From the NCBI RefSeq assembly GCF_001194135.2, contig NC_068983.1, positions 147,639,534 to 147,703,533 of the forward strand: a stretch of DNA of 64,000 bases. The letters are read 5' to 3'. How positions within the stretch are numbered: the first letter of the stretch is position 1; every line of letters begins with the position of its first letter. This stretch comes from Octopus bimaculoides. Its lineage: Eukaryota. The notes below the pieces were generated by a model that was not told where the DNA came from, ran no database searches, and worked only from the letters and a program-made list of their open reading frames with translations. This document shows positions 1 through 13,660 of this stretch, one piece after another. Both the position numbers and the translations under genes were made by a program.

Positions 1-1225
1 ATATATATATATATATATATATATACGCATACATACACAAATAATTACATTTATACTTCATAAATGCATCCAGACGCACATAAATACGTATAGGCGTGTA
101 TACATGGACACACAAGCGCACGCATACACACATGAATAGGCATACACAAAACGTATGCAATTATGTATGTATGTATGTATGTATGTATGTATGCATGCAT
201 CTATGTACGTGAGTGTATCTATGCATGCACAAAAAGGTTTGTATGTAACTAAAAGCTGGGTGGTGTACAAACTGATATTGTGATAAAACAATACGAGATG
301 TAAGGAAAACAAGTTCTAACAGCTATAAATCTAGAGTTGGGCGATATTAATCAATAGGAAACGGTGTTCGCTATATAATTGTTTAATGAATATGTCGATA
401 TGATTGTTAGAGGATCGATAACGCTTGTAATATCAATGTCTGATTAACTCATGTCTTAATACACATTCAAACACACATTTTTGTATATGTAAGTCTTTGT
501 GTATACGTATATGTGCATATGTGTATGGATAAAGATACATATCTACGCGCGCGCGCGTGTGTGCATGTGTGCATGCGCACATGTGTGTGTATATGTGCGT
601 GTGTTTATGTATGTAAGCGTATGACCGTGTGTACAGGTGCATATGCACATGTGCATGCGTTTTTTAAATAAAGTATGCGTTCATGCACATAGACGCAATC
701 ACACACACACATCCACACACATGCACCCCACACACACATACACACACGCGACACATGCACACAGTATATATATATATATATATNNNNNNNNNNNNNNNNN
801 NNNNNNNNNNNNNNNNNNNNNNNNNNNNNNNNNNNNNNNNNNNNNNNNNNNNNNNNNNNNNNNNNNNNNNNNNNNNNNNNNNNNNNNNNNNNNNNNNNNN
901 NNNNNNNNNNNNNNNNNNNNNNNNNNNNNNNNNNNNNNNNNNNNNNNNNNNNNNNNNNNNNNNNNNNNNNNNNNNNNNNNNNNNNNNNNNNNNNNNNNNN
1001 NNNNNNNNNNNNNNNNNNNNNNNNNNNNNNNNNNNNNNNNNNNNNNNNNNNNNNNNNNNNNNNNNNNNNNNNNNNNNNNNNNNNNNNNNNNNNNNNNNNN
1101 NNNNNNNNNNNNNNNNNNNNNATATATATGTATACTCAAACACACCAGCGAGTACGTTTAGCAAGCGTCAATAGCAAGGAACTTCTAAGTGTGAGAAAAT
1201 TAGCCTGGTTTACCAAAATAAATTT

Positions 1226-1257
<32 letters not shown>

Positions 1258-1280
1258 TACATACATATATATATATATAT

Positions 1281-1676
1281 TCTTTGCTTGTTTCAGTCAT
1301 TCGACCGTGGCCATGCTGGGACATCACCTTGAAAGCTTTTAGTCGAGCAAATTGACCCCATTGTATTTTTAAAGTCTGGTTCTTATTTTGCCGGCCCTTT
1401 ATGTTGAACCTCTAGCTTACGGTCCCTAAACAATCCAAACCTGGTTGTCAAGCGCAAAGGGGAACTGACATAAACACAAAAACACACGTGCACACACACA
1501 CACACACACACACAGAGTCACGCACGCAGGCGCACACGCATATACACACATATATTTATACGAAGGGCTTTTTTCAGTTTTCATCTATTAAATCCATTGA
1601 CAGGACTTTGGTCGGTCCAAGGCTACATAGTAAAAGAGACTATAGTAGAAGACCCTTGCTCAAAATGCCACGCAGG
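1281..1676 (-). mobile_element. tRNA-derived SINE, family B (internal CA/TA microsatellite, tail ...CAGCATGGCCGCAGTCAAATGACTGAAACAAG), diverged, 5'-truncated
   Basis: Collinear with copies at 11926, 15718 and 17660 (TTTCAGTCATT..GGCCATGCTGG..TTAGTCGAGCAAAT..GGTTGTCAAGCG..CCAAAT..TATAGTAGAAGAC..GCCACGCAG). Confidence 0.85.
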
Positions 1677-1884
1677 TAGTTCCGTACTCCCCAAAACCCT
1701 GAAATTTCCGAAACAAGAGCCCCATTACCGGTTGTAATTTTAAGTAATACCCTTGTTTCCAGTCACCTTTCCGCGGTAAGTGGAATTTCCGAAGTTTGAG
1801 ATGAAGAGATATTCCAGGGTAAATTTGACGGGCGGGAACTACATGAAAGAGAGTAAAGTTTTGCATCCTTACTCAAATAGCCAT

Positions 1885-2066
1885 CTTTCATTTATCTCAT
1901 TCGTGGAAACAGGCAGTCCCCTTGGAAGATGCCCCTCCTAATTTCTACTGTCCCTAAACGTCTTCTGTATGCTGCCAGGTCCGTCCTCCAATTCGCCATA
2001 CAATCGCTTAACATTCGATGCAATACCAAATAGGTTCATACACTCCATAATTCAAGAATACGGGAT
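1885..2066 (-). mobile_element. R4/Dong-clade non-LTR retrotransposon RT fragment
   Basis: Minus strand translates, with one frameshift, to MECMNLFGIASNVKRL / CMANWRTDLAAYRRRLGTVEIRRGIFQGDCLFP, matching the RGIFQGD RT motif of R4/Dong. Confidence 0.7.
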
Positions 2067-2076
2067 CATCATCATC

Positions 2077-2120
<44 letters not shown>

Positions 2121-2126
<6 letters not shown>

Positions 2127-2210
2127 TCACAGCCTGGAATCGAACTCGGTGTCTTGGTGTTAGTAGCCGGCGCTCTTAACCACTACGCCATATGCTCGTG
2201 GGCAATTGTG
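2121..2210 (-). mobile_element. tRNA-derived SINE head (family D) followed by an (AAT)n tract
   Basis: Minus strand has a Pol III A box TGGCGTAGTGG (2180-2190) and B box GAGTTCGATTCC (2136-2147), then (AAT)n at about 2077-2122. Confidence 0.7.
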
Positions 2211-2956
2211 GAGTGAATATCCGTCAAATGTAAATAATATAAATAATGTAAATAATGTACTGGCGTCGATTTGTTCGACTAAAGATGGTGCTCCAGCATG
2301 GCCGCTGTCAAATGACTGAAAACAAGTAAAAGAATATATANNNNNNNNNNNNNNNNNNNNNNNNNNNNNNNNNNNNNNNNNNNNNNNNNNNNNNNNNNNN
2401 NNNNNNNNNNNNNNNNNNNNNNNNNNNNNNNNNNNNNNNNNNNNNNNNNNNNNNNNNNNNNNNNNNNNNNNNNNNNNNNNNNNNNNNNNNNNNNNNNNNN
2501 NNNNNNNNNNNNNNNNNNNNNNNNNNNNNNNNNNNNNNNNNNNNNNNNNNNNNNNNNNNNNNNNNNNNNNNNNNNNNNNNNNNNNNNNNNNNNNNNNNNN
2601 NNNNNNNNNNNNNNNNNNNNNNNNNNNNNNNNNNNNNNNNNNNNNNNNNNNNNNNNNNNNNNNNNNNNNNNNNNNNNNNNNNNNNNNNNNNNNNNNNNNN
2701 NNNNNNNNNNNNNNNNNNNNNNNNNNNNNNNNNNNNNNNNNNNNNNNNNNNNNNNNNNNNNNNNNNNNNNNNNNNNNNNNNNNNNNNNNNNNNNNNNNNN
2801 NNNNNNNNNNNNNNNNNNNNNNNNNNNNNNNNNNNNNNNNNNNNNNNNNNNNNNNNNNNNNNNNNNNNNNNNNNNNNNNNNNNNNNNNNNNNNNNNNNNN
2901 NNNNNNNNNNNNNNNNNNNNNNNNNNNNNNNNNNNNNNNNNNNNNNNNNNNNNNNN

Positions 2957-3018
<62 letters not shown>

Positions 3019-6000
3019 ACCCGCACGCGTGTGTATGCGTATATAGTTATCAAGCAGTTTTTCAAGCTTTGAATGACGCACAAAATAATATTTTGCACTA
3101 ATACTGCTTTTGTCACTTGTAATGAGAATATATATAATAGCTAACTGAATTTAGTTGCCATACTCCTTTGCAAAATGTAAAAATTCAATGTAACTCTTTC
3201 CTGATTTTTCTTTTGAGCTTAAATTCGTATTTATTATTCACATCTTAATTCCAACCATGTGGATCTCTTGAAATGAAATCTAAATCTGAAAACATGGTCT
3301 TTAAAAAAAAAATGCTTTAATTAAATCATCCAAGAATTTTCAAAGATTAATTTTAACTATGTATAAGCTGAATGAAAAATGAAACAAAGAAGCAATGCTT
3401 GAAGCATAATTTAGAAATACACAGAGATATTTACCACAAATTGTATGTTTAAACTGCCTTTATATCATTAGTTTTATTCATGTAGGTACAAGATCGTAGA
3501 CTAAGTTTAAAAGTGAAACCGGATGAGGCCATATTTACGATTTATTAAAAGGTTTTAACTACAAAATGAAATGAAATAATATCAATGTATAAACCATTTC
3601 TTTTATATCAACAAATGTTTGAGATAACGTGACCTACGTGTTCTTTTTGTTTTTTTTCGTCATCCCCCAAAAGATCAAAGCTCTTTTGCCTTCCTTTGAT
3701 ACCCGTTTGATCTTCGTGATAAGGAGAAAAAAGAAAGAAAAAAGAAAAACAAAAACCTTATTCCTGATTTGATTTTGCACATATACAAGAGGAGTAGACA
3801 AATGACATTATCTAATCCCTAAAAACCCATTATCTCTCACTGTTGTTGTTTTCCAGTGTCTGTTGTCATTTTATTTAAGTTAGTTTTGTGTAACAAAGAG
3901 AATTTAACAGCCGATAATTTTCTTCTTCCTCACATTCTGTTCAGTCCCGCACAATACAAATATAGCATTTATATTCCGCCGATATAAAACTGAGTAGGAA
4001 AACAAATGACCAAAAACTTTTTCTAAATATATAAACACTGAAATAATATTTTTTTGTTTTGATGAAATATATTTTCATGTACAGATTACATAGAAGTGTA
4101 TTAATTACCCTTGCAGATTACAAAAGCAAAGATATAATCGTTTTGGGTTTTAGCCGTCTCACGAAATAAACTTGACAAATGACTATCTAGTTTTATATGC
4201 ATTAATATTGTTGTAAGCGTCGTGGAATGAATTTACTTATGTCCTCATAAACCGACAACACGTACAGATTTCAGTTTTTCAGTTGACGCCATTTTATTTC
4301 CATTACGTTACTAATGCTACAAAGAAAAAGGCATGACGATCACAACCTTTCATTCCATTCATTCAAACTAGAACGTGTTTCTATCTAGTAAAAAAAAAAA
4401 GAAGAAAGGAAAATGCACTCTTGTAATGTTTTCTGTGACACGTTAATTTATGTTGCTATTGTTAAAACCCAAATCAGTTCTGGCGAAGCATAACTTAAGA
4501 TCAAAGGTAGGCCAACAATCACCGTTCTTTCCATTCAGACGAAGTCTATGGAACATGAAGTGATCGCTAGTTTCTTTATATTGATTCATCATCCAAAAGA
4601 GAAAAGTTCTTTTGTATCATGAACCAACTTAATTTTTCTTTCAAACGGTTTTTAAGTCAAATTAAATTTCACGTACGGTAACAATTATATTTATCTTCAT
4701 ATAAACGATGTTACGAAAGCTCAACATATCCATATCAAAATAGAAATGCGGCAGAAATGATGGGAAATGAGGAGAAACGATATTAGAAATATAAATCAAA
4801 AACTAAAATAAGGAAAACCTGTGGTTTCCAGCAAAATAAATCAGAATCCATGATCAATTGAAGATTTGACTCGACAAATTTTCACTTGATAAATTTTATT
4901 TATGCAAATAAAAATTATTTACGTGTCATCTTTTGTTTAATAGCTCTTCAGTTTTACTATTTTAATACAAGCTGATAGCCCAACAGGTTTCCACAGGACC
5001 AAGACAAAAAGTTTGCTTGAAGAATGATTCTTAAGCTACAATTTGATTGTAAGCAGTCTTTGGCTGTTGAATTGTAATGGGACTTGGGTATGTGGTAAAA
5101 CATTTCTACTTTTACAATAGATATCGGTATGATCTTTATTAAGTATACATCATTATTTTGAATGAATTTCGTCGGTTAAAGACACACAAATACAGTGATA
5201 GTATGATTCAATGCCAACATATTAACAAAGAAATATCTTTCATAACAAAATGCCAACCACCTCTAACAATACTCTAATTTTTGTTGGCACCACCACGACG
5301 ATTACTGGTGGTTAGATGGATGACTGATATAAGCCAACACTACTATTAGCTGGATAAAAAACTACTATAAGCAACTGGGAAACCTAGCTGCTACAACTGC
5401 TGTCCCTCTTCCCATCACCAAAATACCTATAAGCTTTCAATTTTATTAACCGGTCACCGCTGTCAACAATCAGAAGGAAACGAAATACAGCACTATGTGA
5501 TCTCTATAATAAGAAACATTTGAACCACCAGATGTGATATTATGAAAGATTAATTTACTTTATTTCAATTTATTTTCCTTTTTATTCCAGCATGACTAGG
5601 TCGTTCACTTAAAGATGGTTAGTGAAAAATATAAATTTTGTCTTTCTGCCTTCTATTACAATTTTTTCTCTGCATTTTTTTTCTTTTTAGTTTTAGTTTT
5701 CCAACTGACTTGATACGTTTGCACGTATTTGTCTACAGCGAGAAATTTTCTCCATAACAAAATACAGTGATGGTTTTCTTACGGGATCGAATGTGCTTCA
5801 AGCATATTTGAACTGGTAACAAATTTACATTTATACATATCAGTGCTTAGTACATCGATTTCGTATTCTATTACGGCCAGTCCGCCGATTAGCGCAACCA
5901 GTTACAGTACACCTCTCTATTCCAGTATCTAATGCTGGGAGGGGATTACTCCAAAATGCATGGTACCACCAGTCTGGTTATAGAACGCTTAAGACTGATT

Positions 6001-6897
6001 TATTGTGTTCACACCTATTTGCCTACAGCGAGAAAGTTCCTCTATAACAAAGTATAGTGAACGGCTTTCTTAGGGGTTCGAATATGTCTCAAGCATATTT
6101 GGACTAGCGACAAGTTTATATTTATACACATCACTGCTTAGAGCTTCAATTTCGTGTATATATAAATGTGTGTGTGAGTGTGACGTATCTATATGCGACA
6201 GTGCATGTAAGTGTGTGGCTTTCAAAGGTCGGTTACCTCTTATTGCTCTCGATGTTGGAAATGCAGTAGATGACTGATTGACATGTAGGAAATCTATAAT
6301 GAAATATATATATACAAAAAAAAAAAAAGAAAAATGCTTTCCGACGCTTTAATGTTTTTCATGCAGAAGTATAGTATTCCATAGGTTTGAAGGACAAAAC
6401 TAATTTGAAGAGAGGATTCGAACTAAGAACACAAAATGGCAAAAACTAAATACGGCCAAGTATTTATTCTGCAGCCCAAAGATTTGTGCCAATATTCTGC
6501 TCTTGAATGAGTAATTAAAAGCAAAAGCAGAAATAAAGGTGCAAAGAAGAAATAAAGAGAACAGAGAATGAGTAGCAGCTGGCGTCTCTGAGATAAAATC
6601 AAAAGATTTAATATTTATCTATCGTCAAAGGTACGACTCGCATGTGAGATTATCGAAAAATGTGAAACGTGCTGTGATTTAGGAGTTAGATATCTGATCG
6701 GCAAACAAGCACTCGTATTTAAGTCAATTGAAGAAAAATATAAATAATTCAAAGATTTTCTGATATCGTTTACATATCTGGTAGTTGTTTGAAGGCGTCG
6801 CTTGTGGACTGTTTATGACTATGACAATGATGTGAATTCTCTCTCTCTCTCTTTCTCTTTCATTCTCTCTCATACTTTTTATGTGCTTGTAAATATT

Positions 6898-6954
<57 letters not shown>

Positions 6955-7389
6955 TAACGTTTAATACCACTTCATTCAACGCAATACTAAAATTAACATA
7001 AAACTCTAACCAGTTCAATCTGAAAGGATATTACAGTGAAGTCCCTAAAGAAACGACACCGGTATCATAACAAAGTTGCAAATGCAACAATTACTAACCG
7101 ATGTAATAGAGACATATGTATGTCAGTAATAAGCTGTATTTAAATCAAAATGTAAATTAAAATACACAAGATGCTATTTCATCATACTCCATATTATTAT
7201 TTATATTAAAATCTCCAGGAAACCTATTTGATTTAAAGGTTATCTATTTGGAATAAACTAACTGAACCGTTGGGATTAACAAATTTTTTAAAACGGTAAA
7301 CGTTTGGAGAAATCCCTTATTACTTACCAATATAAAAATTTACCGTCCTCCAACGAGCTATCAAAACGATTTACCAGAATGTGGGGAAG

Positions 7390-9130
7390 ATAAGCTTTGA
7401 AGCATCCTTAAAGGACATCCCACTCCCACCTACCAAGAACATATAAAGGACCTAATATCTAAAATAAATTCTTACATACACTGTATGCGACAGAAGGCTT
7501 ACTTTCAAGAAGAAAAAAAGAGGAATCTCACGATAAAACCATAATGGATGATAAATTACAGCTTATTTTTAAAATTAGAAAATATCCTTTACTAAACCAA
7601 CATCTAGCATTTTTCGATGATGAACTATGGAGAATTGTTTAAAATGTTAAATTTCGTAAGTTCCCTCTTAGGAAGTACACATATCTTCAGAAACTTCATA
7701 CTTTAAAAAGATTTGGAAAGAAGATGAAATTCTTGTTCATGCAGATAAAACGGGTAACTTATACCATTTAAACTACTCTATGTATCAATCAGAGGCGCAA
7801 TGGCCCAGTGGGTAGGGCAGCGGACTCGCGGTCATAGGATCGCGGTTTCGATTCCCAGACCGGGCGTTGTGAGTGTTTATTGAGCGAAAACACCTAAAAG
7901 CTCCACGAGGCTCCGGCAGGGGATGGTGGCGAACCCTGCTGTACTCTTTCACCACAACTTTCTCTCACTCTTACTTCCTGTTTCTGTTGTGCCTGTAATT
8001 CAAAGGTTCGGCCTTGTCACACTGTGTCGCGCTGAATATCTCCGATAACTACGTTAAGGGTACACGTGTCTGTGGAGTGCTCAGCCACTTGCACGTTAAT
8101 TTCACGAGCAGGCTGTTCCGTTGATCGGATCACCTGGAACCCTTGACGTCGTAAGCGACGGAGTGCCAACAACAATGTATCAATCACTTCTAAAGAACGA
8201 AATTATAAAAAAACTTTAAAGTCACCAATTCCAAAAACCTGAAACAACTAAACCTTCAAGCAAAAGAAATTATGCAAAGATATAATTTAGAAGATAATTC
8301 AGAACGTCATAAACTTAAATACCAAGAATGAACCTTAAGGACCACAAACCTAACTTTGATACTAAACTATCTGTAAGACATATCTCCCTCTAAATCAGAC
8401 CTAGGTAAAATTAGTAAGTACATAAATAAATATATACCAAACCTTAGGAGCATAATGAAGCTCTATCTTTAGTCCATTTCTTATGAAGTCATTAACTGGC
8501 TCATTGAAATTCAAAATAAAAAAGGCTAAATTCATATAGATAGACATATCTAATTATTTTGATTCCATTAACTCTATTCTACCTAATAGAGACTTAATAT
8601 TTGCAAAGAAAAATTCAGAAATAACTAGGGAGGAAATACATGTTATTTTAGCGACTAGAAAATCTATTGTAAAATTTGAGAACAAATATTGGATAAGAGC
8701 GGATAGACCGGATATGTTTCACATAACCAGGGGTTCTATATATTCGGTGCAAGTTACAGATTTAATAGGGATTTATATTTAATTTTGTCTAAATAGGGGA
8801 TTCCCAGAAATATCAGGAGGTCCATATGACGATGATGCACTTTTTACAATAGTAAATACTCCTAGTAGAATAATTGAAAAATGTAGAAAGAAATTTTTTA
8901 ATTTTTTTAAAAACATAGGATTATCACAAATCTAATGAAAGCATAAAATATGTAAACATTAGTAGTAATCCTCCCAAATCAGTAACAAAGACACTCATGA
9001 CAAACGTTTCCATAGGAATATCTAAGGAAGATATTTTCAAACTCAACAAAAAATATATTAACTTAGCGCTTAAAAAAGCGGGATATAAGGACAAAATAGA
9101 GTTTAATAAAATGAATAATGAACATGATGC
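7390..9130 (+). mobile_element. Degenerate Penelope-like element (PLE) reverse transcriptase, interrupted by a SINE
   Basis: Plus-strand frames give ASLKDIPLP..KDLISKINSYIHCMRQKAYF, LVHADKTGNLYHL, IDISNYFDSI, ATRKSIVKFENKYWIRADRPDMFHITRGSIYSVQVTDLIGIYI*...GGPYDDDAL (8825-8836, YRDD equivalent) and SNPPKSV..LALKKAGY. These follow PLE RT motif order, with stops and frameshifts. Confidence 0.8.
7792..8174 (+). mobile_element. tRNA-derived SINE, family A, full length, with 12-bp target-site duplication
   Basis: A box TGGCCCAGTGG, B box GGTTTCGATTCCC, tail GGAGTGCCAACAACA. ATGTATCAATCA is repeated at 7780-7791 and 8175-8186. Near-identical to copies at 26695, 51360 and 63617. Confidence 0.95.
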
Positions 9131-9580
9131 AAATAATGACATCAAGTGACATGGTTATTACTAAAACCATATGTAACGCCATTGTTTAAATATAAACAAA
9201 TTTCTGACGTCAAATTCATTCTTAGTTTCTAACACAATATTGGTGAACCATTCAAAACAAAGCTTCTATTATAAGAAAACTTGACAGAACAGACATAGTT
9301 CTATGGTGCAGCGAAAAAGAAATATTATGTGTTCTTTCAACTGAAGGGTGTTAAGTTGACGATATCAACATCTGTACATTTTTCAGTTAGGCATATATTT
9401 TGTTAAGCTTGATTTATCGTATAGCTAATTGATTCAACTCGTTTTAAAGCGATATGAATGAACTTACACACACATATCAATGAATCTGTGTGCATGCATA
9501 TGTATGTGTTTGTGTATTGCGCCAGTATGTTTAGCACCAGTCAATTTCCATTTACAAAGCATTGATCCAACCCGAAAATA

Positions 9581-9970
9581 CGAGGGTTGGCTGAAAGTTC
9601 ATAGGCTGACTAAGAAGGAGTGATACTAGAGCAGTGAAATATTGCATACATTAATATCAACACTTCCCATTAATAATTACTTTGTTTCATTCCAGGAAAA
9701 CACAGACCAGAGTGTTCAAAGAATAATTCAACAGTATCTAGTAGCGAATTCTGGGAACCGCTATCGCAGCGATGATAACGTCATACCTTCCGTTGATGAC
9801 TTTTTTGACCAATAGGAAGAAAGCTTCTTCACCAATGGGATTCAAGCACAGCAACACCGATGGAAGAACTGTGTGGACCACAAGAAGGACTATGTTGAAG
9901 GATCACCCTCATTTAGTTAAATTTCATGAGAGTATCTTGTTCAGAGTATGAACCTTTCAGCTAACTCTCG
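9581..9970 (+). mobile_element. Internally deleted mariner element (MITE-like) with both TIRs and TA TSD
   Basis: TA-CGAGGGTTGGCTGAAAGTTCATAGGCTGAC ... TCAGAGTATGAACCTTTCAGCTAACTCTCG-TA. The interior encodes a mariner transposase C-terminus: SGNRYRSDDNVIPSVDDFFDQ*EESFFTNGIQAQQHRWKNCVDHKKDYVE. Confidence 0.85.
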
Positions 9971-10886
9971 TACAGCAGAAAGCATTTGCCAAGTATCTCG
10001 ATCTAAATCATGTATAGGGCGCCTATTTACAACCAGACAGGCTGAAATATGAACGCTGTTGAAACCTTAGTCTCAAAAGTTTTAAACATTCTACTTTTCT
10101 TCACACACACACACAAAAACACATGCACTCACGCGCTTGCACACACAAATGCACACACACGCACGTATATATTCAAGTATATCTAAATCTATACAAATAT
10201 TTATACACTTCCCTCAAACACAGTGTATATGTTGTATATCTACATGTGTGAATTTGTGAATATATGGGTTTATTTATGTCTTGTGTCTAGTTGTGTGTGT
10301 TTTTGTACAAATTATTTTCATCTACGATCACACAAGCATTAAGTGATAATTACTGCTTGTCTGTTTCTTGGCTTAACTTCTTTAAGTATAATCCAACGTC
10401 GCCTGTTTCGCTTCTGTTAAATCATACAGGATCAGCCAGACAAAAATGCACTTTACAATATCTAACGTTTTCTCTGGAAATAGATTTACAAGCACCATAT
10501 TATGGCTGACAAGAACAATTATAAATGATTGTTCGTTTAAATACATGAATGGAACATGAATTTTTGTCTCAAGACGATTAGTAGGTGCTGATTTCTTATC
10601 AGCTAAAGTTGATCCCTGCCTAAACTTTAAAACACACATGAGTCGCTGCTACACCATTGACAGTTCTGCTGATGGTAATGAAAATTGAGCACGCTTAATG
10701 AGTTAGAGAGACGGGAATAATTGACTTTCCATATCTCGCTGGCAATTGCAGGCTTTCCGGAATTAAGGAACATACGTAATGCAATACATATGTATACATA
10801 CACATATATGTACATAGACATATATCTATATATGTATATATGTGCATACATGTATACCTCTGTATTTAAGTGTATAGATATACATA

Positions 10887-11870
10887 CATTGGGTCATCCC
10901 ATAAATAATGCGGTTTTTTATAATTTTATTTTTCAAAATTAAGATAAACAAAGTTATTTTTAATCTAAAAATGCTCTCCTTCATTTTCTACAATGCTCTT
11001 CCATCTTTCTGGTACACTTGCAAGGCCCCTCTTCCAAAATTCATTTGTCCGTGACGAAAAATACTTCTCCAGTACTGTTCTGACCGCATCTACAGAATTC
11101 ATATTTTTTCCGTCAAAATGATTTTGAAGACTGTGGAATAAAGGATTATCAGATGGGACATGGTCCTGTGAATATGGTTGGTGGGGTACCTTTTCCTATT
11201 GAAACTGCTCCAGCCTTTGGAATGTGATCCTCGCTGTATGTGGCCGAGCATTGTACTGATGGAAGAACACCTTTCATCTTCAAACCAAAGATGGTCGATT
11301 TTCTTCTCGCGTTCACTTAAGCCGCTCAAACTGCTCACAGCAGATCTCCTTTGTTATCGCTTGGTTTGGATTTGAAAGTTCAAAGTGGACTAAACTTTTC
11401 ATATCCCACCAAAGAGCTAACAATACCTTACGTGGGTAAAGACCTTATTTAGCCTGGGGTGCCGGTGTTTCTCCTTTCCCTACCCAATGTCTTCTGCGCT
11501 TGACATTTCTATAGGGATCGCATTTCTCATCACCAGTCACTATTCTGTCCAAAATAGTTTCATTCGTAAGACATGACCGCATAAAAGAGCAGACATTCAC
11601 TCTCGGAAGGTTTGTGAGGAACCCATTGACACAATTTGCTAACTTTTCCGATGACACGCAAGTATCTCCGATTGGTTGAATGACCAAATCCAAGTTTCTC
11701 TGCTAGTTCCTCAACAGTTACAATGGGATTTTGTTCCGCCAGGGTTTGCAGGACGTCCTCGTTTAATATTATGTGGTTATTTGATTCAGGGGTTGGGGGT
11801 TCAGTACTTCATTTTACTAAATGTAAAATTACTTCGGTGCCTACATTTCCCTTTTCGTTCATGATGTGTG
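10887..11870 (-). mobile_element. Degenerate mariner transposon, 5'-truncated
   Basis: Minus strand RVNVCSFMRSCLTNETILDRIVTGDEKC..YRNVKRRRHWVGKGETPAPQAK and C-terminal YFSSRTNEFWKRGLASVPERWKSIVENEGEHF. Mariner-type terminus TTGGGTCATCCCATAAATAATGCGG at about 10889. Confidence 0.85.
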
Positions 11871-11925
11871 TTTAGTAATTCGTCTCTAGACTGTGGTAGT
11901 TTCATAAATTCAGTTCTTTTTTTTT

Positions 11926-12140
11926 TCTTTTACTTGTTTCAGTCATTTGACTGCGGCCATGCTGGAGCACCACCTTTTAGTCGAGCAAATCGACCCCAGG
12001 ACTTATTCTTTGTAAGCCTAGTACTTATTCTATCGGTCTCTTTTTGCCGAACCGCTAAATTACGGGGACGTAAACACACCAGCATCGGTTGTCAAGCGAT
12101 GTTGGGGGAGGGGACAAACACAGAACACAAACATATACAC

Positions 12141-12171
<31 letters not shown>

Positions 12172-12316
12172 CACACACATGCCGGGCTTCTTTCAGTTTC
12201 CGTCTACCAAATCCACTCACAAGGCTTTGGTCGGCCCGAGGCAATAGTAGAAGACACTTGCCCAAGGTGCCACGCAGTGGGACTGAACCCGGAACCATGC
12301 GGTTGGTAAGCAAGCG
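11926..12316 (-). mobile_element. tRNA-derived SINE, family B, near full length
   Basis: B-box-like GGTTCCGGGTTCAGTCCC, body TGGCACCTTGGGCAAGTGTCTTCTACTAT, tail ...ATGACTGAAACAAGTAAAAG. Highly similar to 17660-18045. Confidence 0.92.
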
Positions 12317-13037
12317 ACTATGCATAATAAACACATTTTATTCCCAATATAGGAGTGGGCTCTACCTATAATACTCCAATTGAGAGTGTAATCACTTCTT
12401 CTAGATTTTAATTCCTATATATATTTACTTAAGCCTGTAGACTTACTTAAATTGGGATTTTTAAAGGTCTGGTAGTGTTGGGATATTCTTTCTTAAATTT
12501 CATTAGCTGTTGATCCAATTAGCTGTTGGAATAATTGTAAAATGACGATTGCATATATGCATTTATATATGTTTATATATATAGGGATACAGTTGTGCAT
12601 ATGTATATATATTGTAATCTTCCAATACTGAAACACGCGTAGTTCCTTCATATTTAATAAATATAAGTATTAACTAAAGTAGGATATAATTAATGAAGTA
12701 TATTATATACCCTGCTGGTAATTTTGGTTATATCCTTTAAGTATTATTTCGTGATGTGCAAACTGATACCATGAGTTTACTGTCAGATATAATCATTAGA
12801 TTATTTTTTTATTGTCTGAAACAGAATACCCGCATATCGATTAATCCCCCAAAATTGAATTATATATATATGCATACTCATACCCCACACACCACACACA
12901 CATCCATATGCTTATATAAATATATACATACATCCATACATACATATAATCATGTACGTATATGTGTGAATGTGTGTGTGTGCATCTATGAATATATATA
13001 TTACTACAACTACTTTATCATTTCATTATCTTAGATA

Positions 13038-13176
13038 GTGGTGTGAGGTTAAGAAACTCGCTCCACGGTCACATTGTTTCGGATTCGCTTCCACTGCATT
13101 GCACTTTGGACAAATGTTTTCTCGTATAGCACCAGCGCTACCAAAGTCATGTGAGTGAATTTGGTAGCCGGAAACA
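13038..13176 (+). mobile_element. SINE family B 5' fragment, old
   Basis: Diverged match to the family B head (..CACTTTGGACAAATGTTTTCT..GTGAGTGAATTTGGTAGCCGGAAAC). Confidence 0.6.
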
Positions 13177-13423
13177 GTTTTTAACCGCATTAAGCATGTG
13201 TGTGTGTGTATGTGTGTCAGTGCATGTCCGTGTTTGAGATTGTCTCTCTCCGCTTCATAATTGAGTTTCAGTTGATTACGTAAAAAAATCTTTCACGCTA
13301 TGCTGGTATGTCAAAATAGCTGCAGGTCAATTGCGAAATCATGTAAATGAATACACACACACATACACACACGCACATACATCTATACATGTGTTTGTGT
13401 GTGCGCGTGCGTGTGTGTGTATG

Positions 13424-13464
<41 letters not shown>

Positions 13465-13615
13465 TGTGCGCGCGCTCGCGCTCCACATGGTTCTCATATT
13501 TGGATTTGTAGCTTTCACATCAGATCCGATAAATGCTTATTTCGTCGTTTTTGACGTTTGTGTTTACGTGTGTGTACGCGTATGTGTGTGTATGCGTGTG
13601 TGTATGTGTGTGTGT

Positions 13616-13660
<45 letters not shown>

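Noticed and set aside
7792-7865. tRNA-like sequences with A and B boxes (also at 26695, 51360, 63995, 2121)
   Set aside because: They continue directly into SINE bodies with TSDs and lack a proper acceptor stem, so they are not tRNA genes.
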